A stretch of 63,786 nt of DNA, filler included, from Nemertoderma westbladi (lineage: Eukaryota; Animalia; Xenacoelomorpha), in the NCBI GenBank assembly GCA_032718475.1. It is 4 parts of 4 records of this genome, joined end to end, with 100 filler letters (N's around TTAATTAATTAA, not from the genome) between each part and the next. Parts side by side here need not be neighbours in the genome. Positions count along the whole stretch, not along the records: positions 10,461 to 37,109 come from JAUCBJ010002901.1; positions 37,210 to 60,316 come from JAUCBJ010004195.1; 2 more parts are not named here. The stretch is one strand, 5' to 3'. Numbering within the stretch: position 1 is the stretch's first letter; each line of letters begins with the position of its first letter. Positions 24,581 to 37,419 of the stretch are shown here, piece by piece. The position numbers and the translations under genes were made by a program. The notes below the pieces were generated by a model. It worked only from the letters and a program-made list of their open reading frames with translations, made no database searches and was not told the DNA's origin.

Positions 24581-27247
24581 TAGTCTGTATGAGTTTGTGG
24601 AGCAGTATGAGGACTCTATTGTAGCAAACCAGGTGAAGTTCTCAAATTCCGAATGCTACACCTACAATAATTGATTCATGGCATTGTTAAACAATGCCCT
24701 GTCATTCCCGATATCATTAGCCTGCAGTTGCCAGATACACAGAATTAATTGGAACATCCTTTGAAGATGTACCAATCAGTACCAAACACCCATTTTAGGA
24801 CATAAATATTTTGCCATTTATTAACTATATATAATATTACTAATTCTCTTCATTAAATGGTGCCAACTCGAGTCTCAATATCCATGGTATAAGAGAATTC
24901 TGGAGACTGCCAATATAACCCCAAAGATACCGTTTTATTCAGGATCCTGCTACACATTGCCCGGCAGTTGGGAATACTACTGAACATTACTGTATGGAGA
25001 GTCAACGGGAAAGGCAGCACCAGGACTCAGAAAAAGAAAATGTCAAGTGAGTTTGCATTTGACAGGATGTTTGTCCTTGGAGACATCTGTATTTCATTGT
25101 ATTCGTGGAGTCAGCTGCAATATGGTACCTCCTGTATACAGAGTTATCTATGTGGATGGTCATTGGCATACCGCAAGCCCTTTATACTGGAGAGGTTCCT
25201 CTCCATGAGTTTGAGAACCCAATCGTAAACATATGGTTCCCATCCCAACCACCATCCAGATGGTGCCAGGCTTCTTCAAGCTCTCCCTCCACAGACAGTT
25301 CGGGTATATCACCAGTTTGATTCCAGAACCTCCAACTATCGATTAGCCTGGTGATGGTTGTATGTACACATCATGCTTCGGGGAGCTCTGCGACCATTGC
25401 AGCGACGATACCAATAAATCTTGTATCTGCATGGAAAAACCTCCACAGACTGGTTTCCATGCAAATTATATCCAATAATGATGCCATCAATTCGGGGACA
25501 AGTACAGCAGCTGGGCAGTGGTGAAGTTATTCGTTTCACAGCCATCTCTCGAACTTTCTGCATCTCTTATCATACAGCAGTGCCTGCGGGCGGCTGTAAG
25601 ACACATTGTTGTAACCATTAATGGCAACTGTGGTGGGTTGGTTCAAGTGCGCCAGCAAAAAGGAGGAGGTAACTTTGAACATAATGTACAAACTATACAT
25701 TGCACTCCTACCAACCCACGCAGTCGACAATCTGAAATACCGCCACCAAGCCCTCGCCCCAGACCAGACGCTGAAGTTTATCTCAAACAGCAGTGGATGG
25801 TCATACCAGCACATCAGATTAATCAACCAGTACAGCAAGAAGCTGCTAATCCATGAATACTGGAATATGTCAGTAGAGATGTACTGACATAGGTGGCCTT
25901 CATAATACTAAGATTGTTTGTAGGCTAGAAGAATACCATAGTATTGAAGCACTGTAGTACGACTTACGCCCTTCTGCCCAGCACATGTGAAACAACTGCA
26001 CCACAACTGCTTACCTTGAAGATGGCCTATAACTCTGACATTGAAATATAATTGCTATGCAGATAATTGGTATGGAATCAGCTGCTAGTCATATAGTGTC
26101 ACCCTTCCCAGGCCAGGATCATTGTCATTTGCACTAGCAGTGCCAGATCTAGCGCCAGGTAGTGTTATGATAGGTAAAGTTATGACCAGTATTATAGCTG
26201 CTGACCTGTTTGTCAGCATCACTATTCCACTACCACAATGATATACAATATACCAGATACACACAGACAGGCAGAATAGGTTTATAAACAAAGAATGCAT
26301 GGTAGCTAAAACAAGGATAACATATACTGGTATGTAAGTCAGTAAGTTACAGTACCACAAAGCATGACTGTATCAGCAGCTGAGCTGAGCAGCGCTGTAC
26401 TGCTGTATGGTGATGGTAGGTCTAGGTACTGTCACTGTCTGACCGATATATATTTACTGATGACAACTGGTAGGTATCTATTGAAGTAGTAATCCTTGAT
26501 ACCATTACCCATAATAATGTAATAGTAATATACAAATACTAATAGTATAAGTATATTGCTGACACACATTAATTCTGAAATTGATTGAAAACATCCTACA
26601 TAATATAACTTAGTTCAGCTCCTAAACCTCAATTTGCTGGAGCTCCTGTTGAAGAATACAATATAGCGTACAAGTACAGTATATTTTACTCATATGTCAG
26701 ATTGTCAGACATACGTCAGTTGGATGGTCCATTGTACAGTACAAGGTTTCAATGTACACCTTACTGCTGTATGCTATACCAGTATGCACAAGCTGGAGCT
26801 GTGTTCGAATTTGAATGACACTACTGCAACCTGCTGACTAACTGGTAGCATTATAAGTTAAGCCAGTACTCACAAGGAGTGTGAAAGTCTATCGCCTATA
26901 TCAGCATCTGTTGAGGTATGTACATACTATACTGTATGCAAAAATAGGCCTATACAGTTCCTCAGCCTAACTGAGTACTATAGTACTCACTATAGTACAG
27001 CTGAATACTATACTATAGTACTATACTATACTTTAGTTGTAGGTGTAGGAGATAGGATGCAAAATGCATTTTGCAGTCTTGCTGATTTTGGCACTGCACC
27101 TCAGGCTATGATTATTTGTTCATCTATTCCATCCCTAAGTGAGGAGCGCTATACCTCGAAAAGTCCACTGTGGCGGATGCAAGGTTTTATTATGTCTATT
27201 ATGGGTAGCTTTATCAGAATGATTCTCACTCATTACCCATCATAAAT

Positions 27248-27600
27248 ATGGTTATATCACTGGACGATAACTTTGCTATTTCTGTCGAAAACCATAAAAC
27301 AGCGAAAACCTATGAAACCCAAGTATTTATTGTATCAGAGGCAACTCTACAATTAATTAATCAATGGATAACATTTGGTGGAGAGCAGTACATCAGCGAT
27401 ATGTCGAGTGCCTGCAACCATGTGTTTGTTCGTCCAAGTGGCCAACCTTACCATAGCATAATGCAAATACTACAATGGAATCAGTTGCTAAGGGTCGACC
27501 TCTGTTAGACATAGTGTCAGTTGTTTCAATTAAAAATTCCGGGCACAAAAAAAGCGGCAAAAGAGTTCTAAGGATTCTATCATTCGACTGCAAGAGGCAA
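27248..27600 (+). pseudogene. Tyrosine-recombinase-like (Crypton-type) fragment
   Basis: ISVENHKTAKTY...LQLINQWI...HVFVRPSGQPY resembles the HKT ... VF...G segment of animal YR proteins. The catalytic RHRY set was not recovered. Confidence 0.45.
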
Positions 27601-28439
27601 ATATTGAATACAGTTGAATCAAACGAATGATTTCAAAATCAATTCCTGATGCAGCAAATGAGATGTAACTGAGTGTACTGTGGCATTTAATTTGTATATA
27701 CAACAATCACCTACTGTAATATGTGTTGGTTAATAGCAATGAAATGAAACTAGATTAATATTACTTATTGAATATATGATGAATATTTTATATTGTGTCT
27801 TTGGGATTCTTCAGTTTATGATGATTATATTGTACTCATGTACTGTGTAAAATGGGGCTGACTAACAATATTGTGTTTTTGTGTTTAAATGTTTCCATTT
27901 CCGGGTTTTTGTTTTTCAGAGTTTTAATTTATAATTGTTAATATAATTGTTTTAATTTTAAGTTTATCTATAGTACACTAGACACCACACCCCAGTCAGT
28001 CAGTACAGCACAAAAGCAGACAGTCAGGATGACAAATTGCTCTATATGCCTTAACTTACTACCAGTATTCCAGACACACTGCCTGACTTACTACAGTGAG
28101 CCTAAAAGAGAATAATAATTAATAAAAACTAGAATAATAAACTAAGTAATAATCCATAATATACAATATTAGACACCACAGCGCATCAGTCAGTCAGTAC
28201 TGCTCCACTACTGCACTAAGGCAGACTATCAGGCTGTCAAGATACTGTATAAATACAGAAATACCAGTAGGTCTACACACACAGTTAGCAGGAATAGTCA
28301 GATAGTGGTGGGCCCTGATACCACATTCTTCCTACAATATTGACAGAGACCTGCAATATATAAACACAAGTATTGCTGATACAATGTTGACTTGTATCAA
28401 TTGATGCAGTTGGCTGTTAAAGTGTGTCAAAATTCCAGC

Positions 28440-29317
28440 CGTTCTAGTGTTAAGATGTGTCTCAAGAAAGTCAGAGGCTGTCCACCATGCTTATATACTC
28501 CATGAGGCCGCCAAAGCACAAGATTATGCACTGGCTGGCTAAAGCAATGTCCTGTAAAGCAGAGGTGGCTTTGTTCTAGTGTCAAGCTTAGGGGAACCAA
28601 TGAGACACCTCCAATGTTATATAGTGTCTGGTTGGATATGTGTGCATTCTACTTGAAACAGTGAACCCGGTGTAGCATTCTTGTGAATTTGCCATCCAGA
28701 GATTTGGTGTCCTCAGCAGTTAGAGCACAGCATTGACTCCCATAGAGGAGTACTGGAACTACTGCTGCTCTAAATAATCTGACCTTAAGTTCCCGATGAA
28801 TTCTGTGTTACTTCCAAATCCTGGAAAGCCCATTCAAGGCTGACCATGCCTTTCTTTCCCTTTATGTATTCTAAGGTCCTCACCTGACTTCTGGATCCAT
28901 GATCCCAGGTAACAGAAGTCGTCCACATGCTCAAGCATACCATCATTTGAGCTTATGCTCCTCTGGTCAGAGACTTGCTGAGGACTTTCAAAGTTAACTG
29001 TCCAAATTTTGGTCTTTTTGGAGTTATCAAAAAGAACACTAGAAACAGCCTGTTCTAATGAGCTGAGGAGCCATTGGGCTCGCTCTAGTGATTCTGAGAG
29101 TACACCTAAGTCATCAGAAAAGTCTTGATCAGTAAGGTACTTGGCAGGATTTCCTCGACTTCTGGACCCAGTAGGTGGAGTTACCATCACCCCTTCATCA
29201 TTACGATGATTTAAGGACATGCGTAAAACATAGTCAACCACAATTATGAATAAGAATGGTGCAAGTGTGTCTCTCTGGAGGACTCCCCATAACACTTCGA
29301 AAGCTTCTGTGTCACCG
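28440..29317 (-). mobile_element. RTE-clade LINE copy 3 (more diverged)
   Basis: Colinear with 11260-12149 and carries the same PPTGSRSRGNPAKYLTD segment. Confidence 0.9.
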
Positions 29318-30499
29318 TGATCTGTGTTGAATGAACATAATAATTAAGCTTATGTTGTATTTAGCAGTTCTCATATTTGTTATTGTTTGGTCAATCATTT
29401 ATTATGATTTTTAATATTATTTATAATAGTTTTGTAATAAAAATTAAATATAAGTTAAGCTTATATTGTATTCAGCAGTTCCCATTTTGGTTAATCTTAA
29501 TGTTTGGTCAATCATTTATTATGAAGTCATATTCACCAGCATTCAGGAGGCAAGGTGAGTGAAGTTCCACTGAGCACTTGTATCCAGTGGTGATCGATTT
29601 AGAAGGAATTGACATAGACCAAAAATAACCATTTCTATCATCCATAGCTAGTACCTACCTTGTGTCACTAAGTGATGCAGATATGGATGTGTATAAAAAC
29701 GACCATAATGGAATAAATGATAATATAAATTAAACTAATAAATTATATTAAACAACTTCTTTCCAATTCAAAAGGACCACTAACCAGCTGTAGGTGGTGT
29801 GCATTACCAAGATGTTCTATAGCACAATTGAAATAGGGATAACATATTGGACACAAGGTATTTTAAATATTAAATATATTATTTATTTGTAAATATGTGA
29901 TATTATTCCGCATGTCCAACTATTGGGGAAATCGTCGGGTAAAAAGCACAATATTAAAAATATGTTATAATTGGGACCAGAACTGAGGCACCACTAATAA
30001 AAAAATTCACTTATTAAACCACCGTAACCTGGTGCTTTACACCTACGCAGTTTCATAATTGAATCTGCCTCCTCTTCCTGTTCCAGCACCTGTCCTATGT
30101 AAATATCAAATAATATTTACCATAGATAATAAGAAGTATCAAATAGATATTTTTTAAATCAATATATTAACATTTGCTGGTACACCCACATCTTGAAAAT
30201 CGGAATTCCCACTGTTTAACAAACGGAAGTGATTTTTAAAATCGCTTATAGAGATAGATATAGGATTGTCTTTAGAATTTGAGGTTGCTGTGGATTTCTT
30301 AAGCAATCTCCATAATTCCTTTGTATAATTATTTTTATGTTTAATATTAGGTTATATGTTAATAATTATTAATATCAACCAGACAAAAATAACAGTCATC
30401 GTGATTATTTGCTGGTTCATGTCAAACCATTGGAACTCCAGCCCCAATTGAGGTTCGCTTTCCTTTCTTCCACTGTCTCAAATTCACAGTGCAAGTGTT

Positions 30500-31650
30500 G
30501 GTGATGTAGTAATGACTATCTTATCACAAGATACAGAGTTTCAAGACGTACTGGGTTAATGGTAGATACTTTCGGTACCTTATTGGACCTAGTATTACAA
30601 CAAACTAGTTTTCAATTTGAAGATCAGATTTATCAACAAATTAAAGGCTTACTCATGGGGAACCCGGTATCACCAGTTTTGAGCTGTATTTTTATGTATA
30701 GTCTCGAAACAAAAGCCAAACAGCAAGGGTTTCTGCCCCTGGTGTGGTACCGCTATGTAGATGACACATGGACCGTGATAGATCCCAGGGAGGTCAATGA
30801 CCTGTTGGTAAAACTTAACGCTCTACATCCGGACATACAATTTACGATGGAACATCAGGGGGAGGAGGGGGTTTGCCTACCATTCTTGGATGTGTCGATT
30901 ACTCTGGAGAGTGGCAGTTTTAGTAGTAACGTTTATCAGAAACCGACTCATTCAAACAGATATCTTAATTTTGCATCGAATCACCACCCTCGCATAAAAC
31001 AAAGTGTCTGCAGTGCTTTGTTTTTCAGATCAAACCGTGTTTGCTCCACCCCGGTAGCTAGGGAACAGACGCAAAATAAGTTAACCAACACCTTACTTAG
31101 GAACGGTTATCCCACAAGGATAATTTATAACACTCTTACTTAGGAAGGGTTATCCCACAAGGATAATTTATAACACTAAGTGACGTGTAAACAAACGTTT
31201 TGACCAACCACAGCCGGCACTGCCTAAGGACAAGGTAGACATAAAAATAGGATTACCATATGAAACAGGTCTGACTGAGCCATTAGATAAATTGTGTTCC
31301 TTGTACGGGGTAGGCACATTCTACATACCGGGACGTAAGTTACGTTCTTTTTTGTTAAGGGGTCACAAACCACGTGGTGAGCCAACAAGGGGTGTGGTGT
31401 ATAAGATTCCCTGTGATTGTGGTAAAACGAATATTGGGGAGACACAATATTCTTTAGATATAAGTTTAAAACAACATGACGGGGACATACGACACAGGAG
31501 GTTTAAAGCCTCGGACCTGGCAGCACATCATGTGAACACGTTTCGATTTAGCGGAGGTAGTTGGGAGGGAACACCAATTACGTAGGCGAAAAATTCTGGA
31601 AAGTCTTCACATTTGGGCGCTAGGTGATAGTGCCATTAACAAACGTACAT
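30500..31650 (+). mobile_element. Degenerate Penelope/Poseidon-type PLE (RT plus GIY-YIG)
   Basis: Motifs GLLMGNPVSP, WYRYVDD, LPFLDV, YQKPTHSNRYLNFASNH and GVVYKIPCDCGKTNIGET. A 43-bp tandem duplication at 31092-31177 breaks the frame. Confidence 0.88.
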
Positions 31651-33038
31651 CAGTAGAGGTAGACCACCTAAGTGAGGCGGCGATGTATACTAGTATATGT
31701 CTGCTCCACATTATGTCTTTGGTTTTTGGTCATTTAAATATTGTGTTATTATTGGTTTATTTAGTTTAATTGTACTTTTTAGGGTGTCTGTAAGAATTAG
31801 AATTGTGTAATATTCAGTCAGTGCATATCAGCCCATACAGATGTTGTATAATGTACGGTACAGTTAGAATATCGCAGTTTGCAAGAAATACCAAGTAATT
31901 ATAACAATTTCATACATAATTACAACCTACCTATAGTGCTTATTATTGATAATGATTTTAATATAAATCGAAATATATTTGCCTACATTGAGCTCCGAAT
32001 ATTAAAAACATTTCTATTAATAAATTTCGAACATAATTGTATTTATCCGATACCATTACTATAATTATAATGTCTAGTATAATGCCATTCCAATATTAGG
32101 TTATATAATATTAATAGCGAGTAGTAGAGAGTATACTGCTGCTTTTCAATTTTTCTGATCTTTATTTATTTTCCTTCCTGATGCAATTTATATTTTAATT
32201 AGTATTAGTATTATATAAACTGACAAATTAATTAAAATATTTAATATATTTGCGATGTGAGTATATTTGGTGATTTCCTATTGTATTACATATTGTTTGC
32301 AAGTATATATATATATATATACTATAGTTATACAGTAGGTTTGTTTACTGATACTAGCCATTGTTTGTTGTGCTATAATTTGATCAAAATATATTATATG
32401 TAATTTTAAAAATATATGTATATTATTATACATATATTTTTAAAATTACATATAATTTTAAAAGGTTGTTTACCTTTTTAAAGTTAAAAGGTTGTTAAGA
32501 CAACCTTAAAAGGTTAAAAAAGTTAAAAGGTTGTTTAAAAAGTTAACTTTTTAAAGTAAAAAGGTTGTTTACCTTTTTAAAAGGTTGTACCTTTTTAAAA
32601 GGTTGTAATTTTAAAAAGTTGTCACTTTTTGAAATCTTAAAATATTATTATACTAAAACAACTTGATCTCACACCCTACAGTCATATTCCCTAACTTTCT
32701 TTACTTAATTTAAACTTATATTAATTTTTGACTGTGGATGAATGGCGATTGTACCAAGAATTTTGTTCCTACAATTAATAAATTTAGGCTCGCAACTAAT
32801 TTTGGGGCAACTTCAAAGAAAATTTCTTGAAAATTGCAAGAAGCACAACGTAATACCGAAGGGTTTGAGGATTTGCTTAAACCTTAATTTACCTGGTAAT
32901 TCTATTCATTTTGAACAGGTTCGCATTAAAGCTAAAAATAATATTTTTAAATATTAAAAATAAATATAATATTTTGAATATTATTTACACGAGTTTGGTA
33001 GCAAACATGATGCTTTTCTAAAAAATACATTTGACGTT

Positions 33039-34568
33039 TTGATTTGGATACGAGATATCAATGAACGTCTAGCTCCCCTTCCGCCAAACTCTAGCTTTTT
33101 GTGCCTTGATGTATCAAATTTCTTCCCTTCAGTTGATAACTGCATGGGTTTAGCGGCAGTTGAGGAAACTCTGGAACAATACAGAACAATTGTTGCAGAA
33201 GGTGACCCACCTAATGAATGCATATTAGAAGCTCTTAAAATTTGCCTTGAAAGCAATAATTGTGCTTTCAATGGCAAACACTTCACCCAGTCTGGGGGTT
33301 CAGCTATGGGACCTTCTTATTCTTGTACCTACACCGATATATGGGGAGCCAAATTCATTGACACGGCAGTGTCTTCCTTTAATAACAGTCCACAAGAATA
33401 CAAAAGATACCGAGACGACATTATTTCCTTTGGAATTAATTTTTCGGAAGATATTGTTACAAATTTAGTCACACATTTAAATGAGACAGTACTTCCCGGA
33501 AAGATTGTCTTTAAGTTAGAACAATTTGGTAAAGAAGTAAATTTTCTGGATTTAACTATTTTTATTGATGACAGTGGATACATCCAAACTAAAAATTATC
33601 ACAAGCCTATGGACGTACATCAGTATTTGTGTCCTTCAAGCGCACATCCTCGTTCACAGATTCAAAACATCCCTTATGGTGTAGCTTTACGCTTGCGCAG
33701 GAATTGTAGTTTAGATTCAGATCTTTTTTCTAGTCTCATTGAGTATGGTTCTGCATTTGTCGCGAGAGGCTGGGATGAGAAAATTGTTGCTCAACAATTT
33801 GCTTCTGCAGCAGTCAGTACGCAGTTTCAAGCCCTTAAAGTAAAAAAAGACAAGCCTAGAAAGAATAAAAAGAAACAACTTTTCTATGTACACAATAATG
33901 ACCCTCTATTACCTAACCCCAAGGTGATTATTTCAAAACATTCCACAATTCTAGATGAACATTCAATGACAAAATCTTTTTGGAATAGTCATAAATTGGA
34001 AGTTGTAACTCGCCGCGCACCAACCTTAAAGAATATCCTTGCGCCATCCAGACTGAGGTGTACAAGGGAACCTTCATCTAGTGATTTTCTAGGAGTTCAT
34101 AAATGTGACAGAGCGGCATGTGTCCCCTGTAAAGTATTATTACCTTTAAAATATGTCAGCTCAACAACTAACAAAAGCCACAGGGTTTATATAAAGAATG
34201 ATTTATCTTGCAATGCTAAAAATGTTATTTACGTGGTGACTTGCATTAAATGTAACTTATTTGGTATCGGTTCAACAGAGGACTTAAAGCCTAGGATAGC
34301 CAACTACAAGACAAAGATAATTAACGACAAACCATCGACTGCCATCGACAGACATTTTACTAACTCGGGTCATTCTTACAACGCACACTTCAGAATTACA
34401 CCATTTGATTGTCTACCGATCTCAGCAAACAAAAAACTGAACCGACAAAAACTCAGAATTAAAGAGGGAGAATGGCAGTGCCGGTTGGAAACTTTACAAC
34501 CGATGGGTTTGAATGTTCTCAACGAGGCGGTGATCAATAACTTTGGACTTGATGTTTTCAATCCTTAA
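33039..34568 (+). CDS. PLE RT-GIY-YIG polyprotein, N-terminally incomplete (frame open from ~32970)
   Basis: Motifs LDVSNFFPSV, GSAMGPSYS, YKRYRDD, VNFLDL, YHKPMDVHQYL, CxxxxCxxC linker and NVIYVVTC..C..GIGST...R..NYK. Confidence 0.88.
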   Translation: MIWIRDINERLAPLPPNSSFLCLDVSNFFPSVDNCMGLAAVEETLEQYRTIVAEGDPPNECILEALKICLESNNCAFNGKHFTQSGGSAMGPSYSCTYTDIWGAKFIDTAVSSFNNSPQEYKRYRDDIISFGINFSEDIVTNLVTHLNETVLPGKIVFKLEQFGKEVNFLDLTIFIDDSGYIQTKNYHKPMDVHQYLCPSSAHPRSQIQNIPYGVALRLRRNCSLDSDLFSSLIEYGSAFVARGWDEKIVAQQFASAAVSTQFQALKVKKDKPRKNKKKQLFYVHNNDPLLPNPKVIISKHSTILDEHSMTKSFWNSHKLEVVTRRAPTLKNILAPSRLRCTREPSSSDFLGVHKCDRAACVPCKVLLPLKYVSSTTNKSHRVYIKNDLSCNAKNVIYVVTCIKCNLFGIGSTEDLKPRIANYKTKIINDKPSTAIDRHFTNSGHSYNAHFRITPFDCLPISANKKLNRQKLRIKEGEWQCRLETLQPMGLNVLNEAVINNFGLDVFNP

Positions 34569-34661
34569 GAATTATAAAGATTAAAGATTCACAGATTTAA
34601 CAAACTCATTAGTTGCTAGGGTAGTATTATTATTTGTAGTGCAATAATTCTAGAATATCGT

Positions 34662-34701
34662 TTATTTGAAAAAGATAGAGAGAGCTATCGAAAGCTAATA
34701 A
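34662..34701 (+). ncRNA. Minimal hammerhead ribozyme, U3-A8 core variant
   Basis: TTAT-TTGAAAAA-GATAG(AGAGAG)CTATC-GAA-AGCT-A-ATAA, with palindromic stem III AGCT. It sits in the PLE 3' end, where PLE hammerheads are expected. Confidence 0.72.
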
Positions 34702-35647
34702 TAAAAAAATAAATTTTTAGTGATTGATCATATAAGTTGTCACCTTTTGAATTCTTAAAATATTATTATACTAAAACAACTTGATCTCACACCCTACAGT
34801 CATATTCCCTAACTTTCTTTACTTAATTTAAACTTGTATATTATTATATATATATATATACACAAAATGTAGCAGAACCGTCACTAATATATATTTCAAA
34901 GACATACATATGGTTTTATATTAACATTTCTTATATTTTAATTTTATTATCTAATACATTTTATTTAACTATTTTATTATTAAATAAATCAAAATGTCTA
35001 ACATTGGAAACAAATTGCTTTTTGCAAATCATCATGGTTCGGCTGCTATGGTCAATATACATATAATTTTTGTATTCTGAAACTGAATATACAAAAACCC
35101 TTCAGTTAATGGGAAGATTTGACGGCTATGCTACTTATATATATTAAACTTTGGGAGTGGTGATGGTAGCATTTCGAGATATCTTTAAAAACACAGATTA
35201 TTTCTATATATAGAATTTGTACATATAGCGAATATGCAAACCGCTATAAAATGCTACATTTTGTTATCCTTAATTATATTAAATAATACTGTAGCCCATT
35301 AGTAGCAAAGTGAAATTACTATATGGAATTTAGTGATATCTGAAAATGTAAGGAAACATATGTAAGACTGCTATTGAGAAATATATAATGTAGTAGAATA
35401 ATTGGGGGTCCCTAGCTTCTGTATGTAGGACGTAGAAGGCCACTGTTATTATAGTAGTAGAGTACCGCCGTGCTATTTCAGTATTTAGTCTGTGCGATTT
35501 TGTGCTAGTTTTATTCTGCAATTTCCAGTCATTACAAATTAGGCCACTTATTTTCGTATTTCGATAGAACTATGTGTAGTATGCATTGATAATGACGCAA
35601 ATTACGAAATCTATCTATCGAAATCTATCTAAAATTATTCGAAATAT

Positions 35648-36275
35648 ATCCATCCAACATCCATGATGGATCCGTCCAACATCCATGACGGATCCATCCA
35701 ACATCCATGACGGATCCGTCCAACATCCATGATGGATCCGTCCAACATCCATGACGGATCCGTCCAACATCCATGACGGATCCGTCCAACATCCATGATG
35801 GATCCGTCCAACATCCATGATGGATCCGTCCAACATCCATGACGGATCCGTCCAACTTCCTTGATGGACCCGTCCAACATCCATGATGGATCCGTCCAAC
35901 ATCCATGACGGATCCATCCAACATCCATGACGGATCCGTCCAATATCCATGATGGATCCGTCCAACATCCATGACGGATCCATCCAACATCCATGACGGA
36001 TCCGTCCAATATCCATGATGGATCCGTCCAACATCCATGACGGATCCGTCCAACATCCATGATGGATCCGTCCAACATCCATGACGGATCCGTCCAACAT
36101 CCATGATGGATCCGTCCAACATCCATGACGGATCCGTCCAACATCCATGACGGATCCGTCCAACATCCATGACGGATCCGTCCAACATCCGTGATGGATC
36201 CGTCCAACATCCATGACGAATCCGTCCAACATCCATGACGGATCCGTCCAACATCCATGATGGATCCGTCCAATA
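35648..36275. repeat. 22-bp minisatellite (catccatgacggatccgtccaa), about 28 units
   Basis: Direct periodicity; the consensus unit contains the palindrome gacggatccgtc. Confidence 0.97.
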
Positions 36276-37109
36276 TAAAATCTCTGACTTTAAGTCTTAT
36301 AAATCTCAGTCTGTCTGTCTCGCGATACAATAATAGAAAGCTAACTTGAGCAACGTCACTATCTCGTCATATTTTAAGTATTTGTTTGCGTGAATCGAAT
36401 GTGGTCAAAGTGGATTATTTTGCATCGTTTTAGGCCAAAATATATTACTGGTCAGCAATCAGGACTCAGGCGACTTTGTAACTGCAGTTTCACCATTAGA
36501 CTAAGACTAAGGCTGTTCTAACTGAAACTTTGCAGGTATGTATGTATGTATGTATGTACCACAGAGATCTTACGCTGCCTGTTTGAGTGAGAGGACGCCG
36601 ACCAGCCTACAGTTCTTCAATCTGCTGCTTGGGTGTGTAATCTCTGAGAGTGAAACCATTCCCATCACCAATTTTATTGTTTTTGAGCTGATACTGGGGA
36701 AATATCTACTACAAGATTGGATTCGTGTTTGGGAGGAAGCTGAAGTTCTCTAGTCTACCGGTAGTAGGTGGAATGTCTGAAGGTGAAAAAGTCCTGCGTT
36801 TTTGTTGTTTTTAATCTTTTCGAGCTGATGCATGGCATATATAGATTACACCACAGGCGGTTGCGTGTTTGGGAGGACGTATATTATTCGGCAGTTCACC
36901 AGCCTGTCGCTAAGGGTCGACATGCCTGAAAGTGAAAACCGTAAATACTAATCAAATTATACACCAGAAAAGATAAGAAAACAAACTAATATTTTAACCA
37001 GAGGGTGTTTATCCCCCCCCCCCCCCCCCCCCCCCCTACTTATCTGACCTGTTTCGAAACAGATAGAGTAATTGTAATTAATTCGTGTTACTTAAAACAG
37101 TTATCGTAA

Positions 37110-37209
37110 NNNNNNNNNNNNNNNNNNNNNNNNNNNNNNNNNNNNNNNNNNNNTTAATTAATTAANNNNNNNNNNNNNNNNNNNNNNNNNNNNNNNNNNN
37201 NNNNNNNNN
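37110..37209. other. Assembly spacer (N-TTAATTAATTAA-N)
   Basis: 100-nt artificial linker. Confidence 0.97.
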
Positions 37210-37419
37210 TGGCTACCTTTTAGGCCTAATGGGTGACTAATTTAATTATTCACCCATATTTGTAGCCTTTTTAATTTGTGCCTCTAATTGAATCAAACAT
37301 TAAACTAAAATATATGTCACAATATTGGTCTGTCGGTAGCTGGTCAATGAATCTCTCATAAATTTGTTATTTAGTCGCTGCTCAGTCATTGAACATTTGA
37401 ACACGTGCTGCTCGAAGAC

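Larger units (their letters stand above)
32431..34835 (+). mobile_element. Penelope-like element family B (Neptune/Naiad-like), internally deleted, with direct pseudo-LTRs
   Basis: ~102-bp direct repeats at 32616-32717 and 34734-34835; TSD tgtatattattata at 32417-30 and 34835-48; N-terminal FLENCKKHNVIPKGL motif at ~32820. Confidence 0.9.

Noticed and set aside
35615-36330. Three overlapping 200+ aa ORFs, and a CRISPR-like look
   Set aside because: By-product of a stop-free 22-bp repeat. There are no unique spacers or cas genes, and the context is eukaryotic.
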